From positions 1 through 29,017 of the forward strand of contig JBHGBC010000068.1 of assembly GCA_041946805.1 (NCBI GenBank): DNA of 29,017 bases. The letters are read 5' to 3'. This DNA is from a bacterium (GTDB taxonomy: Bacteria > Hinthialibacterota > Hinthialibacteria > Hinthialibacterales > Hinthialibacteraceae). The first letter of the stretch is position 1, and every line of letters starts with the position of its first letter. The notes beneath the pieces are model-generated. The model was not told where the DNA came from and made no database searches. It worked only from the letters and a program-made list of their open reading frames with translations. This document shows, piece by piece, positions 27,667-29,017 of the stretch. The position numbers and the translations under genes were made by a program.

Positions 27667-27876
27667 GGCTCATCCGGCAAGTGCGTACCTTTTTTCAGAT
27701 CGCCGGTTCGCATCTCTTCGAAGTGATCGATGAAAACCACCCCCAAAGTTCCCTCTCCCTCTGGGAGAGGGCTAGGGTGAGGGATTTGTTTTAGAGGCGG
27801 ACCTTGGTTTCCGCCCTCATCCCGGAGTGAATGAAATCGATTTTACCTCATTAGGTACGTACTTCTCGGATGAACC
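27667..27876. mobile_element. MITE family 2 (210 bp)
   Basis: 24-bp terminal inverted repeat with 4 mismatches (GGCTCATCCGGCAAGTGCGTACCT / AGGTACGTACTTCTCGGATGAACC). 8-bp direct repeat GCATTTCA at 27659-27666 and 27877-27884. Contains the CCCTCTCCC-TCT-GGGAGAGGG hairpin. Confidence 0.88.
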
Positions 27877-27883
27877 GCATTTC

Positions 27884-28064
27884 ATCCCCGCAGGGGATCC
27901 ATGTGAATCGCCGTAGGCGATAGCCTACGGTTTCATATAAAGAATCAATACCCACCCCGTAGGGATTGAATACCCCATTCGACCCCTGCGGGGTCGATAT
28001 CTTCAGGAATATTACCGGGGGTTGTCACCCCCGGCTATTCCCATTCAATCCCTTCGGGATTGAA
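27884..28064. repeat. REPIN-like cluster of nested palindromes in inverted arrangement
   Basis: Hairpins ATCCCC-GCA-GGGGAT, CCGTAGGC-GATA-GCCTACGG, TCGACCCC-TGC-GGGGTCGA, CCGGGGG-TTGTCA-CCCCCGG, TTCAATCCC-TTC-GGGATTGAA. Left and right halves are mirror-ordered (ATGTGAATCGCC / GGCTATTCCCAT). Confidence 0.75.
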
Positions 28065-28687
28065 TTCGATTTAAACGAAAAAGGGAGAACGCTTTTCGCT
28101 TTCTCCCTCCAAAATAACCGCTTGAAAATGAATATTCGCCCTACCGGCTATTGTTGGGGCGTTTGCGGTGGTTCGCCTTTTTGGAACGCCAGCGGAGTTG
28201 ATGATTGCGTTTATTCTTGCCCTTGGCCATGATCGGCTCCTTCCGTCAATAAATCGTCGAATTTTCGGTTCATTGCCTGGAGGTATGCAAAGTCCTGACC
28301 GACGCGCGCCGGCAGAGCAAAGCCCCCACGTGAGAGGATATAGTAGCCCGAAAGAAAAAAATGCCAAGCGTTGCGTGAGGGCTTGCTATACTGAATGCCA
28401 TCCGGCGGCCGATTCTCTCTTCCCCGGAAAAAAGTTCCGCGCGGGATCACATTGCCATATGCCCCTAAGGCATTCAGCCGGCGGATTCCTTGATTCGGGA
28501 ATCCCGTGTGCGCGTGGATGACAGTTCTTTGATGATTGTATAAATTGCCCCGGGTTCTTCAGTTTCTCAGGCCGGGCGCGGACTTGAAGGGGATAGCCGA
28601 TCCCGTTAATTTAATAGAGAGAACGATCCTCCGTGGAGCGCGTTGACGAATGGGTGAGTTCCGCGGTGGAGATCGAGGAGTTTGGGG

Positions 28688-29017
28688 ATGTTGCCTTTTT
28701 CCCGCGCGCCCGGTTTTCCTCACCGTTCCGGCCGCGTCACAACCAAGCCTCTGGGGGGATTCGGCGGACTTTGGCCGGCGGTGTTTTGGTTCGCCTGGTG
28801 GACCGCTTGCGCGGGTTCCCAGCCCAAGTTGTCGGATATCAATCAAGACCTCAACTCGATCCAGATGCGGATGGACCGCACTGTTCAAACCCAGGAAGAG
28901 ACTCGCTCCCGCCAGCGGGAACTGCTCGCCCAGATCAAGGGCCTGCTGGAATCGGAGCCGCCTGTCATCCTGCAGCCCCAATCCGGTTCCACTCCCCCGG
29001 CCGCTTCCCTTCCCCCC
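28688..29017 (+). CDS. Partial CDS running off the window; putative lipoprotein or membrane-anchored protein with coiled coil
   Basis: GAGGAG RBS 7 nt before ATG 28688. Open to the window end: MLPFSRAPG...LWPAVFWFAWWTACAGSQPKLSDINQDLNSIQMRMDRTVQTQEETRSRQRELLAQIKGLLE, then a Pro-rich linker. Absent from the ORF track. Confidence 0.65.
   Translation, partial: MLPFSRAPGFPHRSGRVTTKPLGGFGGLWPAVFWFAWWTACAGSQPKLSDINQDLNSIQMRMDRTVQTQEETRSRQRELLAQIKGLLESEPPVILQPQSGSTPPAASLPP

Noticed and set aside
27480..28070. CRISPR array or integron attC array
   Set aside because: Repeats are not identical or regularly spaced, no cas or intI gene is present, and MITE/REP structure explains them.
28280..28345. c-di-GMP-I riboswitch (GCAAA...GCAAAGCC)
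   Set aside because: Lacks the GNRA-capped stem and GACGCAAAG core; I could not build the pairing.
28559..28981. 140-aa minus-strand ORF
   Set aside because: Antisense shadow of the plus-strand gene starting at 28688, which has an RBS and a signal-like N-terminus.

Overview
Bacterial chromosomal window with a GC-rich backbone interrupted by lower-GC accessory inserts. Backbone: two glycosyltransferase clusters, a SAM methyltransferase, an XPB/Rad25-type helicase with its helicase-associated partner, tRNA-Val(CAC), a TPR protein plus membrane protein, an NAD-dependent epimerase, a GspG/pilin-like protein and several secreted proteins. Inserts: a two-gene operon of a SocA/Panacea-like protein and a proteasome-beta-like Ntn hydrolase, an orphan very AT-rich UvrD/Rep helicase, an McrBC-like pair and two hypothetical genes. 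Intergenic regions carry many miniature elements: a ~190-bp MITE family with IS66-type GTAA ends (3 clear copies, one with a perfect 8-bp target duplication), a second 210-bp MITE with its own 8-bp duplication, and several REP-like hairpin families. Best candidates for new biology: (1) three unrelated signal-peptide proteins ending in a shared short tail, roughly [SV]-x-[VA]-x-x-W-x-hydrophobic-[YW], a possible C-terminal sorting signal; (2) the Panacea + proteasome-like module. All calls come from reading the sequence; no database searches were run.
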